Of a stretch of 64,000 nucleotides of DNA, positions 13,663-26,282 are shown in pieces. A model generated the notes under the pieces. It saw only the letters and a program-made list of their open reading frames with translations, had not been told where the DNA came from and ran no database searches. Position 1 is the first letter of the stretch; each line of letters opens with the position of its first letter. The stretch spans positions 27,689 to 91,688 of the forward strand of contig MU626337.1 in the NCBI GenBank assembly GCA_025603075.1, read 5' to 3'. Position numbers and translations under genes: made by a program. The DNA is from Neoconidiobolus thromboides FSU 785. Lineage: Eukaryota > Fungi > Entomophthoromycota.

Positions 13663-14177
13663 ATGTCAACTAAAAAACAAGAAAACGAAACAAAGTTAGA
13701 GGCAAAAGAAAGCAATATAAATATAGAAGGCATTGCACCAGAGCTAGGGTAGGAAATAAAATGAACTAATAAATGCTTTAATTATATTATATTTTATTTT
13801 GTTTTAGAATTAACTATCCATTTCCACCAGCTTTAAAATATAGCTATCCAGAACCAAATGAAAAAATAATAAGGAACATAGCGCACGCTTTACTTCATGA
13901 TAAGAAATTCTATACAAACACATTAAATCTGATGAATAAAATGAATTTACCCCCACCGTTTGAAATGGATAAAGAAATAGTACATAAAAATAATAAGTAA
14001 TATTTTTATACTGATTGGGTTTAGGAAAAGAGATTGGAGGAAGATCCAGGATTAAGTTTAATTATTAAAAAGAAGGATCCTCTTTTGGCAAGCGATGAAT
14101 CGGAAATGGAGCTAAGTGAGGATGAGAATTTGGCTAAAGTTAAACTTCTTTCCTCATTAAAGAAAAGAAAAAAGTAA
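13663..14177 (+). CDS. RNPC3: RNPC3 (U11/U12-65K)-like mini-protein, about 137 aa, central conserved segment only, no RRMs
   Basis: Exons 13663-13748, 13808-13979 and 14025-14177 splice in frame to EGIAPELGINYPFPPALKYSYPEPNEKIIRNIAHALLHDKKFYTNTLNLMNKMNLPPPF...LASDESEMELSEDE...KKRKK. This matches my recollection of the RNPC3 inter-RRM motif GIAP...LKYxYP...NI..AL...KFY...LHLMNKMNLPxPF. It is not in the ORF track. Confidence 0.8.
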
Positions 14178-14350
14178 TACTCTCGCATTTGATTATATTA
14201 TTACTATAACTTAACTACTACCTATTTTATAAAATAGCTTCTTGCTTTTATAAAATACTAAAATATTAGATATATGAAATAAATTCTGCTATGTATTAAA
14301 CAGTTATATTGCTTTAGTTTCAAAATAACTATTTCAATTGATAAATATAT

Positions 14351-14444
14351 GGAGGTGTTTTTTTGGTTTCATTATTTTTCCATTTTTTAAGCGCTATTTG
14401 AGTGGAAAGATTGTAGTAAAATTTTTAAACAAAAATATATCACC
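14351..14444 (-). mobile_element. MITE copy 5
   Basis: Full-length, reverse orientation; target duplication ATAT/ATAT. Confidence 0.9.
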
Positions 14445-14632
14445 ATATGTTAATATTTCTGAGTAGTTGTAGACCACATAATAGATTAGTGTTTATAATT
14501 TAAATAATAAATTAAAATGTCTAAAACAATAGTTTATATAAATATGCTTTATTAATGAAGTAAAATGGAAATTAAAATGAACTTTAAATGCTTTTTTCAA
14601 TACATGTAATTAGCTATAATCCACTGGTTAAG

Positions 14633-16258
14633 TTAATAATATGTACTGGTGGTAGCGTAGGTTGGAGTGGAGTAATAGGTAGAAGTTGGTGAGTAGTATG
14701 CTGAAGTTTGGGTACCATAATTATTCCAATTGTTTTGGGTGTTACTGTTGTAATTAGCTGGATAACGGTTCCAAACAGCTTGATTATTATTCATATTTCC
14801 ATTGAAAGCAGCATAACGATTTAAATGTTGACCAATGGCTCCGTGAGCGTTATAGGGAAGATTTTGACTGTAACCCATTTGATTTAAAGATGGTAAATTA
14901 TTTGGGGCTTGTTCAACCATATCATCATCACAATCGCTAATCATTACAACTTCATAACGGATACGACATTTCTTACTACGTGGCATACTGGCTGTTTCAC
15001 ATTTAGCTGGTGCAGTGTAGGCCGGAGCACTATAAGAGGAGGTGTAAGCTGGAGCACTATATGATGAAGTATAAGCTGGAGCACTATAAGAGGAAGTGTA
15101 AGCTGGAGCACTATAAGAGGAGGTGTAAGCTGGAGCACTATATGATGANNNNNNNNNNNNNNNNNNNNNNNNNNNNNNNNNNNNNNNNNNNNNNNNNNNN
15201 NNNNNNNNNNNNNNNNNNNNNNNNNNNNNNNNNNNNNNNNNNNNNNNNNNNNNNNNNNNNNNNNNNNNNNNNNNNNNNNNNNNNNNNNNNNNNNNNNNNN
15301 NNNNNNNNNNNNNNNNNNNNNNNNNNNNNNNNNNNNNNNNNNNNNNNNNNNNNNNNNNNNNNNNNNNNNNNNNNNNNNNNNNNNNNNNNNNNNNNNNNNN
15401 NNNNNNNNNNNNNNNNNNNNNNNNNNNNNNNNNNNNNNNNNNNNNNNNNNNNNNNNNNNNNNNNNNNNNNNNNNNNNNNNNNNNNNNNNNNNNNNNNNNN
15501 NNNNNNNNNNNNNNNNNNNNNNNNNNNNNNNNNNNNNNNNNNNNNNNNNNNNNNNNNNNNNNNNNNNNNNNNNNNNNNNNNNNNNNNNNNGCTGGAGCAG
15601 TGTATGATGAAGTGTAAGCTGGAGCACTGTATGATGAAGTGTAAGCTGGAGCAGTGTAAGAGGAAGTGTAAGCTGGAGCAGTGTATGATGAAGTATAGAC
15701 TGGGGTACTATAAGAAGAAGCATAAGTAGAGGTTGAGCAAGAAGTTGAGGAAGAGTAAGAGCAGGTTGAGCATGCCTTTGAGGTATAAGCTGGAGTAGTA
15801 TAATAGCTGGAGCTAGAATACTTTGAAGTGTAAACTGGAGTAGTATAATAGCTAGAGGTATAAGCTGGAGTAGTGTAATGAGAGGAAGAAGAGGTATGAT
15901 AGCTAGATGAATAATGGGAACCAGTACCATATGTCGAGGTAGTACAGCTAGTTGATGACTTAGTGTATGCAGGAGTAGTGTAGTATTGAGAAGTATAACT
16001 TGGAGTTACATAATGTTGAGAAGTATAGTAACTAGAAGAATGATAATGACCAGTTGAAGTAGTACATGAAGATGAAGAGGAGTAACCTTTAGCATTATAG
16101 TTATTCCAGTTATTTGAAGAGTCATGTCCATAGTCTTCTACATCATAATCATTTGAGCTTCCATAATTATTTGAGCTTCCATAGTTATTATTATACTTTG
16201 GGTTAGCAGCGATGGTAGAAACCAACAAAGTAAAGATTGAAAAGATTAATTGAACCAT
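14633..16258 (-). CDS. Secreted Tyr/Ser/Thr-rich tandem-repeat protein (cell-wall, extensin- or adhesin-like); spans an assembly gap
   Basis: Signal peptide MVQLIFSIFTLLVSTIAA; Y(T/S)APAYTSS nonapeptide repeats on both sides of the N-gap; a 3-Cys block and an Asn-rich tail; no GPI-type hydrophobic C-terminus. True length is unknown. Confidence 0.8.
   Translation of the reverse strand: MVQLIFSIFTLLVSTIAANPKYNNNYGSSNNYGSSNDYDVEDYGHDSSNNWNNYNAKGYSSSSSCTTSTGHYHSSSYYTSQHYVTPSYTSQYYTTPAYTKSSTSCTTSTYGTGSHYSSSYHTSSSSHYTTPAYTSSYYTTPVYTSKYSSSSYYTTPAYTSKACSTCSYSSSTSCSTSTYASSYSTPVYTSSYTAPAYTSSYTAPAYTSSYSAPAYTSSYTAPXXXXXXXXXXXXXXXXXXXXXXXXXXXXXXXXXXXXXXXXXXXXXXXXXXXXXXXXXXXXXXXXXXXXXXXXXXXXXXXXXXXXXXXXXXXXXXXXXXXXXXXXXXXXXXXXXXXXXXXXXXXXXXXXXXXXXXXXXXXXXXXXXXXXSSYSAPAYTSSYSAPAYTSSYSAPAYTSSYSAPAYTSSYSAPAYTAPAKCETASMPRSKKCRIRYEVVMISDCDDDMVEQAPNNLPSLNQMGYSQNLPYNAHGAIGQHLNRYAAFNGNMNNNQAVWNRYPANYNSNTQNNWNNYGTQTSAYYSPTSTYYSTPTYATTSTYY
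15010..15700. repeat. 27-bp tandem repeat array encoding the 9-aa unit; collapsed in the assembly
   Basis: GTAAGCTGGAGCACTATA(A/T)GA(G/T)GA(A/G)GT units flank the gap on both sides. Confidence 0.9.
15149..15590. other. Assembly gap (442 N)
   Basis: Run of N in the sequence. Confidence 1.
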
Positions 16259-18070
16259 TGAATTAATGAAATAAAGATTAAAATATAATTGCTTTTATAA
16301 ATGTAATTTTGATGTTGTAGCTTAATTATCGGTTATAATATGCTAAAAGGTTAATACTATAATAGATAAGGAGAATTTGTAAATGATCTAAATCTAATTA
16401 CAATACAATTGTAATTAATAACTGAATAAAACAGATATTTAAATTGATTAATGATATTTTATAATTTTAGACATAGATATTTACAGTTATTTATACTGTT
16501 TGTTAAAAAGAATGTTGATGTATTTTGATAATAATTCCAACTCCACACAGGACCATAAAAATTTCAATTATCACGATTGAGCTTTTTATTTAAATTAAAA
16601 AATAGCTCTATAAAATGGGGGTGCACTATTGAATTACTAGCAATTTAGCTTACTACAGAAATTCATCACAATCTCCCCAGTTTTTACTTGATTTGAAAAT
16701 TGGATTTGAATTTCTTTGCCAATATTATTAAAGTTTAATTTTCTCCAAATATATATTTCATTGTAATGTGAATAAAATGTTAGAATGGATATTAGAATTG
16801 GAGACATTACAATTACTCGGATTTTTACCCTTATTGTTTTTACTACTTTACTATATTTAGAAGAATCTTCTTTATTAAATGATTATTTATACAAAACATT
16901 ATTTTTGAAAAATTAGAAGTTCAAATATAGTCAAATATCGCAGTATAGTAATAAGCCATTAAAATAATTTTATATAAACATTTAACTTTATTAATAATTA
17001 AAGTAAATAATAGAAAATGAATGATAAATATAGATTAGCTTTAAATAGATGTTATTTCTATTTTTAGATTCTAATCTTTATTTGTTTTAGTAACTAATTA
17101 AATATATATTAAGACTAAATTTTCTATAAAACTAATATAAAACCTTTTGATGACAGTTACCTTAGTTATTAGAATAAAAATTAAGGAGTATAAATGTTAA
17201 AATTAATCAATGATAACTACACTAACTGAAATGTTAAACAAGATTATCTATTATATTTTAGAAAACCTTTGAAAAGAACTACGCATCCGAATGTTCTAAT
17301 TATAATGACAAGAATATCATTTCAAAAATAGACTATTTTTCTTTTAAGTGCAGTAGTATATTGCATTTAAGTATCAACTTGTTGATGTATTACTGTTATA
17401 ACTATAATAAAAGTAAAAAATAAATACAGATATGACGATAATGATTCTAGTTTGATTAATGAATATCAACGGCTTTTGATTTTCAAAAATATTAAAAAAT
17501 GATTAAGCAACTAATACCAAAATAACATACGTCAATACAACAGTTATATCTTGATATAAAAATGTTTTCTAAAGACAACTTAAAGATGCCTATAAGCTTC
17601 TTTTATACTATTTTTTTATTTAAAATTATAAGGTTATTTCAAAAGTAATCATAGTTTTTTGGCCATTAAATAAGCTGTTATTACTTGCAACAGAAGCTAT
17701 ATTTTTTGTCTAAGAAGGAAAATGATATTCAAGTAAAGGCATTTTGATATTGCTATTCGATACCTTTACACATGAGTTTATCCAAAATCTTTGATTACTT
17801 TAAAAACTACTTTTATAATCAAAGTCAAAAATTAAAGATCAAAAAATTGTTGACTAAAATTTCGATAAAAATTATAACACTATAAGGTCAATCAGTTCAA
17901 TCTAACTTATCCAAGTAATGAACGTTTATTTCTATAACAATTGTAATTGCGATTTTTGCTTTCTTAAAGCCTTTTAAAACAATTACTACTTAGATAATCT
18001 TATATTTTTATCATTTTCTATTAGATTTTACAAAAAGTACATTCCAGCTTTTAAAGCATTATATCAGTAT

Positions 18071-18165
18071 CAGTATGCTTTTTTGGTTTCATTTTTTCTA
18101 CTTTTTAAGCGCTATTTGAACAGAAAGATTGTTAATAAAATTCCTAAACAAAAAAATGCATCCCT
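18071..18165 (-). mobile_element. MITE copy 6 (one end degenerate)
   Basis: TTTTTTGGTTTCATT...TTTTTAAGCGCTATTTGA...AAAATGCATCCCT followed by ATAT. Confidence 0.8.
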
Positions 18166-18978
18166 ATATTGTTTTTTAAATTAACTCTTTACTGAAAATG
18201 TGTTCTTATTCTCAGCTATCATAATAATATAACTTACTGTTATAATCATTACTATTTTTTTAATGATATATGACTTGCTGAATTATAATAGTAATATAAT
18301 TATTATTATAATAAGCAATTTAACTTGTATAAATATATTAAAGGAATGTTGGCAAGTAAATGATTTTGTTGTGGATAAACTTTTTATTCTAACTTTTATA
18401 TACAATTATGTATAAAATGTTTTACAATCAAGTCTTTTATTAAGAAAATACAATAAAAAAATAAGTAATAGCATTATAATAACCTGAATTAGACTGAACT
18501 CACATTGTATCCACAACTACATTAAACTATATTTTATGATAATTTTAACTTATTATAAACGCAGCTAACTCCTTTTATTTATAAGATTGTCAACTTTTGA
18601 AATAATACAATTATATCCATTTTTTGATACTTTGAAAGGTAAAAACCTAAGTGTTTTATTTAAAAATAAACAGTCTATATCAATCAATCATAAGTATAGT
18701 TTTTTTATCTAAAAATCAACTTCTAAAATAGCTATTTCATTTTCAAACAAGTGTTCCTAGTTTTCAACTAGTAAAAAATCATCTCCTACTTTTTGCCATT
18801 TTAATTCTCAAAAATTTGCAATTGAAAACCAGTCAAACTTTGAAACTAGTAACCAAAAAATCCCAAGATTCAATTCCAATTCCAACTCTAACTTGATGGT
18901 CGAAAAAAAAATAATTAAGAAGCTAATTTCCTTTAACTCAAAAGAAAATTGAAAAAAATAGAATAAAGAACGACGATC

Positions 18979-21900
18979 ATGGCTAATAATAAAAGAAGGT
19001 TAAGTCCAGTTAAAAGTAAAGATTTTCCACGTGGAAAAATCGAGAAGAAGACAAATGATAAAGTTGATGAAAGAGAAAGAGAGGTAATTTAGATTTTTAT
19101 TTCTATTTTATTAAAATAAAGACTAATTCTTTTTTCAACAGGATGTTTTATTTTCCACCCCAAAAGAAAAAAAATCTCGTACAGTAAAAAAGAGTAAGAA
19201 TACAAAATCTCAAGCGAGTGATGAACCAAAACTTGAATCTGAGGAAGTTAAATTAGATACTACTCTTATTAAGGTAAGCCCTTATTAATTTCATAATTTT
19301 TCTACAAAAATTAAAACCATTAATCTTCTATAGGATTTATCTACTTCCACCTTAATGTTAGGTACAGTGAGCCGTATCCTACCATTGGGCCTAATCATTT
19401 CTTTACCAAATATGATCACAGCTAGTTGTGATATAACTGAAATATCTTCTGAATATACCAAACAATTAGAGCTTATAGAATCTGAAGACTCATCCTCAGT
19501 GCCAGATCTTAATTCAATGTATCAATTAGGAGAATATGTATTATGTAGTGTTAAAAAAATTGACTTAGAAAGTAAAAAAGATCGAGTTAAAATTAGTTTG
19601 TTACCTAAAGTGATCAATTCAGGTGTCGTAGCTAAGGACATTACTGAAGGCTTAATGCTTGCTGGTAGTATCAAAAGTATAGAAGATCATGGTATTCAAT
19701 TGGATTTAGGTATTAAAGACAAAATTGGATTTTTACCAAAGAGTGAATATGAAGATAGTACCAATGTTTTGATGGTAGGAAAAACGATTATGTGTTGTAT
19801 TGAAACTATTAACGGTAGAGTGATTAATTTAAGTTATAACAATAATAATAAAAAGAAAGTAAGTAAACCAATAAGTCATATTAATTCTATCATCCCTGGT
19901 ATTCAAGTAGATTGTAAAATTAAACAAGTATTATCGAATGGATTAAAAGTATTATTTATGGGATTTTATGAAGCTACGATTAGTTTTTTTAATTTAAAAG
20001 AAAATCCAATGCATATTCAAGATTTAAATCAATATTATCAAATTGGTAAAAGTTTAAGAGCAAGAGTTATATTAACTAGTATTACTTCGATGGAGAAAAA
20101 GATCCAACTTTCTTTAAGACCGCATATCTTAGCTTTTGTCAATATTCATCAAGCATTGAGTAATTTTAAGCCTGGTAAGCAATTGAGTAAAGTTAATATT
20201 GTTAGAAACGATCCTCGTTCAGGGTTATTATGTATGGCTTATAAGCAATCAGAAGTTAAAGAAGTGGAGGAAAGTAGCGATGAGGAGGAGGTTGAAAATG
20301 ATATTATGGAATCTGAAGAAGGATCTGAAGAAGGATCTGAAGAAGAGGATGACGATAGTGCTATGGGATCCGATATAGAAGAAGGCAGTGAAGAAGAAAG
20401 TAAAGAGGACCTCAAAGAATCAAATGAAGAAGAAGAAGAATTTGAAAAGATTCCAATGTTTGTACCATTTTCTAAAGTATCTGATAAAGTATTAGAAAGT
20501 TTAAATGTGAAAGGAGGGCTTTATAATGTTGGTACGGAACATTCTGCAAGAGTCATTGGATCTTATGGATTTGAAGGGTTTATTAGATTAACTTTAGAAG
20601 AGTCCGTTGTTCAAGATGAATTTTATAGTATTAATGATTTAAATCCAGGTATGTTGGTGACTGCTACAGTTAAAGAAATTAAAAAGGGAAAAGGTGTCGA
20701 AGTTAGTTTAAGTAAAAATTTACAACATGCATTTATCCCATTATCTCAAGTTGCTGATAGTGAAGTTTATGCATTAGATAAACGATTTAAAATTGGACAA
20801 ACAGTTCCATGTAGAGTATTAAAAGTTTATTTAGATACTAAAAGCATTATATTAACTTGTAAGAAATCATTATTGAATAGTAAATTACCAATTATATCAA
20901 AAGAGGAAGATGTTATCCCAGGTGTCCAATCTCATGGTGTTATTTCAAAGATATTAGATACTGGTTGTGTAGTTCATTTTTATAATGGTATATCAGGGTT
21001 TGCTCCATTAAATCAATTAAGTGAAAAAATAATTGATGAACCTAAGAAAAGTTTTAGAGTGGGTCAAGTAATCAAATGTACTATTAAAAGCAAAACCGAA
21101 AATAGGATTTCTATTAGTTTTAAAAATATTGAACAAAAAGAAAAGGTGGATCTTAATAAATTAAAAGAAGAAGTAGATAAATTAAAAGTGGGTACCTTAG
21201 TCAATGGTATTATTTCTTCAATTGAAGATAATCGATTTTTAGTTCAATTAGAAAATAGTAATGTTATGGCAATTTTGTATTATGCTCATTTAAGTGATCA
21301 TTCGGAAAAGCATTGTTTTGATATCGCTAAAAATGGATTTAAAATTGGACAATCAATTAAAAATTTATTAATTTTAAGTAAAGACAATCGTATGAAAGTA
21401 ATTGTTACAATGAAGTCATTGATTAAAAAAGCCATTCAATTGAATTCACTATTAGTCCCAGAGAAGATTGAAGGAGTTAAACAAGGAGATGTGTTAATTG
21501 GATTTGTTAAAGGATTAACTAATTATGGTGTATTTGTTAATTTTTTAAATGATGTTAAAGGATTAGCTCCATTAAGTAATTTATCTAATAAGTTTGTCAA
21601 TAATACAGCTGATTTGTTTTTTATTGGACAAACTGTTATTGCTTTAGTAGAAAATGTTAATCAAAATCAACAAGTTTCATTAAATTTAAAATCGGATATT
21701 ATTAATCAAAAAATTGAACAAAACGAACAAATCAAACAATTAAATATTGAACAATTATTTATTCAATCTTATTTTGAAGAGAATGAACAAGTTAAAATTA
21801 AGGATAATAAACAAAAACAAGTGAATTATCATTTAGGTCAATTAATTGAAGTTGAATTGAAACAAAAATTAAATTATGGTTGGTTATTTAAAGTTAACAA

Positions 21901-22336
21901 TAATATTGAGGGATTAGCTACTTTAGATCATTTACCTCAACAAAATTATTCAATCGGCGATAAAATTCAAGGTAGAATATTAGACATTGATAATCAAAAT
22001 AATATGATAGATTTATCTTTTAATACGAAATTTAATAAAGATAAATATCAACCTAAATTTGATTCAAGTAGTAAATCAAATAAAATGGATAAAGAAGTTA
22101 AGGATTTATTAATAGAACAATTAAATAATAATAATAATATATCAGCAATTATTGAATTAGTTAAAGAAGATTATTTAATTGTATCTTTACCACAATATAA
22201 AGATATAATTAGTTATGTTAATATTAAATCATATAATGAGCGTACATCACCTTTTTTAAAATATAAATATTTACAACAAATTAGCTGTAATTTAATTCAA
22301 TTAAATGAAAATAGAAATCAAATATTATTAAAATTA

Positions 22337-22382
<46 letters not shown>

Positions 22383-25003
22383 TCAACAATAACAAAGTCA
22401 ATAATAATATTAAAGGATTAGAAATTGGTAAAGAAGTTACAGGTATTGTTATGAAAGTATTGAAGAATTCACATAGAATAAGAGTTAGTTTACCAGAATT
22501 TAAAACTAATGGATTAATGGATTTCAATCAAATATTTAGTAATTATAATCAAATTGAAGATCCATTAAAGCCCTTTAAAGATTTCCCAATTAATAAACAA
22601 ATTCAATGTAAAATTATTGATCTTTATGAACTAAAAGTAAAAACATCAATTAAAAATAAAAAAAATAAGATCATTGAATTATCTATGTTAAATGAAGATA
22701 ACAATAATAAAAAGAATGAATACTCAATTGGTGATAAAGTATTAGGATTTATTAAAGCAGTTGATAAGAAGGGTATTTTAGTTAAATTAAGAAATAATCG
22801 ATTAGGATTAATTAATTATTTTGATATTTCTAAAGAATATAATATAATCAATAACTATCAACAATTGTTTAAAATAGGTATGCCATTAGAAGTAAAACTA
22901 TTAGAAACAATTAAAGAAGATAAAAAAATTGTTAATTTAACTTTAATTAATTGTAAATTATCAACTATCAAGTATGATATTTATCCAATAGCTTATCAAT
23001 CTTTATCTGAAATTAAAGTGGATAGTTTATTAACTGGGAAAATGAATTTGACAGATGTAAAGAAGAATTTAATGAATGGATTTGCTTTAAAATTTCATAT
23101 TAAAAATAATGAATATTCAGAATTAAAAGATATTAATGTTAAAGTACAAATAGATCAATTACAAGATAATTATAAAGATATTATTAATTTTATTAATGAG
23201 AATTATAATTCCTTTTTAAAGTTAAAAGTATTACAAGTTAATGAAGATACAATATTTGCTTCATTAAGAGAGTCCATTGTTAATAGTAATAATTTTACTG
23301 GAAGTGTTAAAAACCAGTTATTTGAAGCTATTGAAGATGAATTAATTGAAGGCAATGAAGTTACTGGGTTTGTTAAAAAGATTACAGATCGTGGAATTAA
23401 ATTATATTTAAACAACGATACTTTTGCTTTAATTGATAATGAAGATTTGATTAATTCAATTGGTAAAGATTGGAATAAAAAAATTCAACAATGTGATGTT
23501 TTAAATGGAAAAGTTAAATCGTAAGTTTAATTTATTATTATTATTATAATCAAATAACAATATTAATCTCATTACTTATTTAGTATTATTGATGGCAAAA
23601 TCAAACTTAATACTATTACTCCAATCAGTAGTATTATCCCCAAACTTAAAGTCAAAAAACCAATTATTATAGAGAATGGAAGTTTTGTAATTGTCAAAGC
23701 CAAAATATTAAGAGCCCATAAAGGAGCAATTACTATGTTAATATTAAGAAATCGAAAATTGGCTGTTTGTGCTAAAAATGATCATCGATGTGAATTTCCA
23801 AAGAATATTAATAATTTAAAGAAAAATCAAGTTGTAGATGTTGCTTTAATGGATTTTGATGAAAACAAAAATGCTTATTTAGCTTCATTTAATCAATTAA
23901 GTAAAGATGATGAAGACAGTGAGAACGAAAGTGAAGAGGAAGAGGAAGAAGAGATGGAAGACATCAAAGAAAGTAAAGAGAATGAAGATGAAATTGATAT
24001 GGAAGAAGAAGTTATGGAATCATCTGAAGAAATGGAACCATTGGATATTGATGAAGATGTAGAATCTTCAGAAGAAGAAGGGGATATTATGGATATTGAA
24101 GATGAAATGGAGGATAGCGAATCCGAATCTCAACCAAAAAAGAAGAAAGAAAAGAGTCGATATTTATTACCAGAAGATACTACAGCTGATCAAAAAGCAC
24201 CTCAAGTAGCTGATGATTATGAAAAATTAATTTTAGCTTCACCCAATGCCTCTTATCTTTGGATTAATTATATGGCGTATCATCTACAATTAACTAATTT
24301 AGAAAAAGCAAGACAAGTTGGACAAAGAGCATTACAAACAATTAGCTTAAAAGAAGAAAATGAACGATTTAATGTTCATGTTGCTTTAATTAAACTAGAA
24401 TATAAATTTGGAACCAAGGAAACATTAGAAAAGCAATTTCAAATATCTAAAGTATCAGTTAATCAACCTAAACATTTGTATTTACAATTAGCTAATACTT
24501 ATAAAGAAGATAAAAACGACCGAGAAGTAGAAAAAGTATATTTACAAATGCAAAAACGATTTGCACAAAGTCAAAAGATTTGGTTGACTCAAGTGGAATA
24601 TTATCTAACTAAAAAACAAAACGAGCAAGCACAAAAAATATTATCTCAATCATTAAAATCATTACCAAAAAGAAAACATATTAAAATCATTTTCAAAGCT
24701 GCTCAATTGCATTATAAATATACGAATTTTGAAACAGCAAGAACTTTATTTGAGGGGATTTTAGCCAATTATCAAAATAAATTGGATATTTGGGCCGTTT
24801 ATATCGATATGGAAGTTAAGTATAGTAAAGATTTAGATTATGTTCGAGGTATTTTTAATAGAGTATTAAAGCTCAATTGGTCATCTAAGAAAGTTAAGTT
24901 TTTGTTTAAAAAGTATTTGGCTATTGAAAATCAAAATGGAGATGTTCAAAAGATTCAACATGTTAAACAATTAGCGGCGGATTATGTCAATTCATTGAAT
25001 TAA
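18979..25003 (+). CDS. RRP5: rRNA biogenesis protein Rrp5 (multiple S1 domains plus C-terminal HAT/TPR repeats), 4 exons
   Basis: N-terminal DFPRG motif; introns 19084-19141, 19273-19332 and 23521-23583 join the frames; repeated S1 motifs; C-terminal DDYEKLILASPNASYLWINYMAYHLQL...ARQVGQRAL...RLDIW-type HAT region. Confidence 0.95.
22337..22378. repeat. (AAT)14 microsatellite encoding poly-Asn inside RRP5
   Basis: Read directly from the sequence. Confidence 0.9.
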
Positions 25004-25173
25004 AGAGAAGGAGAGAAGAGTTTATAGATTTATTATTTTTATTCTATTTTTAAAATATTAAGAAATAAAATTGGTTAATTTTGAAATTATCTATTACTAT
25101 CTTTTTTTTTAAATAGTTTCAAAATTTCAAAGGTCTATTGTGTATTTATTAAATTATTATTATCAATTATAAA

Positions 25174-25270
25174 AAATATGTATTTTTTTAAGAATTTTGG
25201 TAACAGTTTTTCCACATAAATAATAGCACTTAAAAAATAGAAAAAATGACGAAACCAAAAAAACACCCTC
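25174..25270 (+). mobile_element. MITE copy 7 (left terminus degenerate)
   Basis: ATGTATTTTTTTAAGAATTTT...AATAGCACTTAAAAAATAG...AAACACCCTC followed by ATAT. Confidence 0.8.
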
Positions 25271-26007
25271 ATATGTTTAAATAAATAAAAAGTGAAATAT
25301 AATCTATAAGTTTTATTTCTTCATAATAGAAGTTTACTTTAGCTTCAATTTATCTATTGATATAAACACTTTCTAACTCATAATTCACATACTGAACCCT
25401 TTTCATCTTCTTTTGTATTTCCTTCACTACTAGTTTTCCGATATTTTTCACAGCCACTGATTTCACTTGTATACAAAAATTAGCTTAGTCCATAAGACTT
25501 CAATAAAATAACCCCCTTTTAATTTCAATTTTAATAGTCAAACTATTTTTTTCATTTCTTTAAATATTTAATTGTCTCAAGAAAGCTTCAAATTCATCCC
25601 TGAATTTCTATTGACAATACTCTATTTTTGATAGTTTATTAATTGAAAAGGAGTCTATCTTTTTTAGTTATTTAAAACTATTCCTAATTGAATCTCAATC
25701 TTTTATTACAAGTAAAAAATCAAGTAAAGTGAAGTGATTTGATTTTCTCTGAAATTCAAAACTCAATACAATCAAGTTTTTTAAAACCTAAGTACTAATT
25801 TGATATTTCACTTTTTGCTAGCTAAGTGATATTTAATAGTTGAATTTGATTTAAATAATATGAAGTAGCAAAAATGGTGTAGTTCTAGGGTTTACTGAAA
25901 ACTAAGCCAACCATCTTAATCAGTGTATTGAGCTTGAATTGACAGTTTTTTTTATAATAAATTGAATAATTATTATAACTTCGATTGAAACAATAGGACT
26001 ATTTCAT

Positions 26008-26056
26008 ATTTTATATTTTATATTTTATATATTTTATATTTTGTATTTTATATTTT
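26008..26056. repeat. (TATTTTA)n 7-mer low-complexity tandem repeat
   Basis: Read directly from the sequence. Confidence 0.6.
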
Positions 26057-26282
26057 CTCAGTTGAATCATGACTATTAAGATTCTTGCATTCAACAAATT
26101 CAAAATTCGAAATGTTCATGTTGAAATAAAGCAGCAGTAAATAAGAATAAAATTCAATTAGAGCATCTTTTATTTTTTAAAATCAATAAAAACTAAAAAT
26201 AGATTCCATAAATTTTATTTCATGATAATAAAAATCACTTTAGTTTCAATTCTTCCATAGATTTAAAATCACCTTAAAAATT

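Noticed and set aside
14944-15729. 27-bp repeats as a possible CRISPR-like array
   Set aside because: The repeats are head-to-tail with no spacers, lie inside a eukaryotic CDS, and no cas genes are present.
16616-16679. GGGGGTG...ATCTCCCC segment resembling a second small TIR element
   Set aside because: Weak terminal match, flanks AAAT/AGTT are not duplicated, and it is single-copy in the window.
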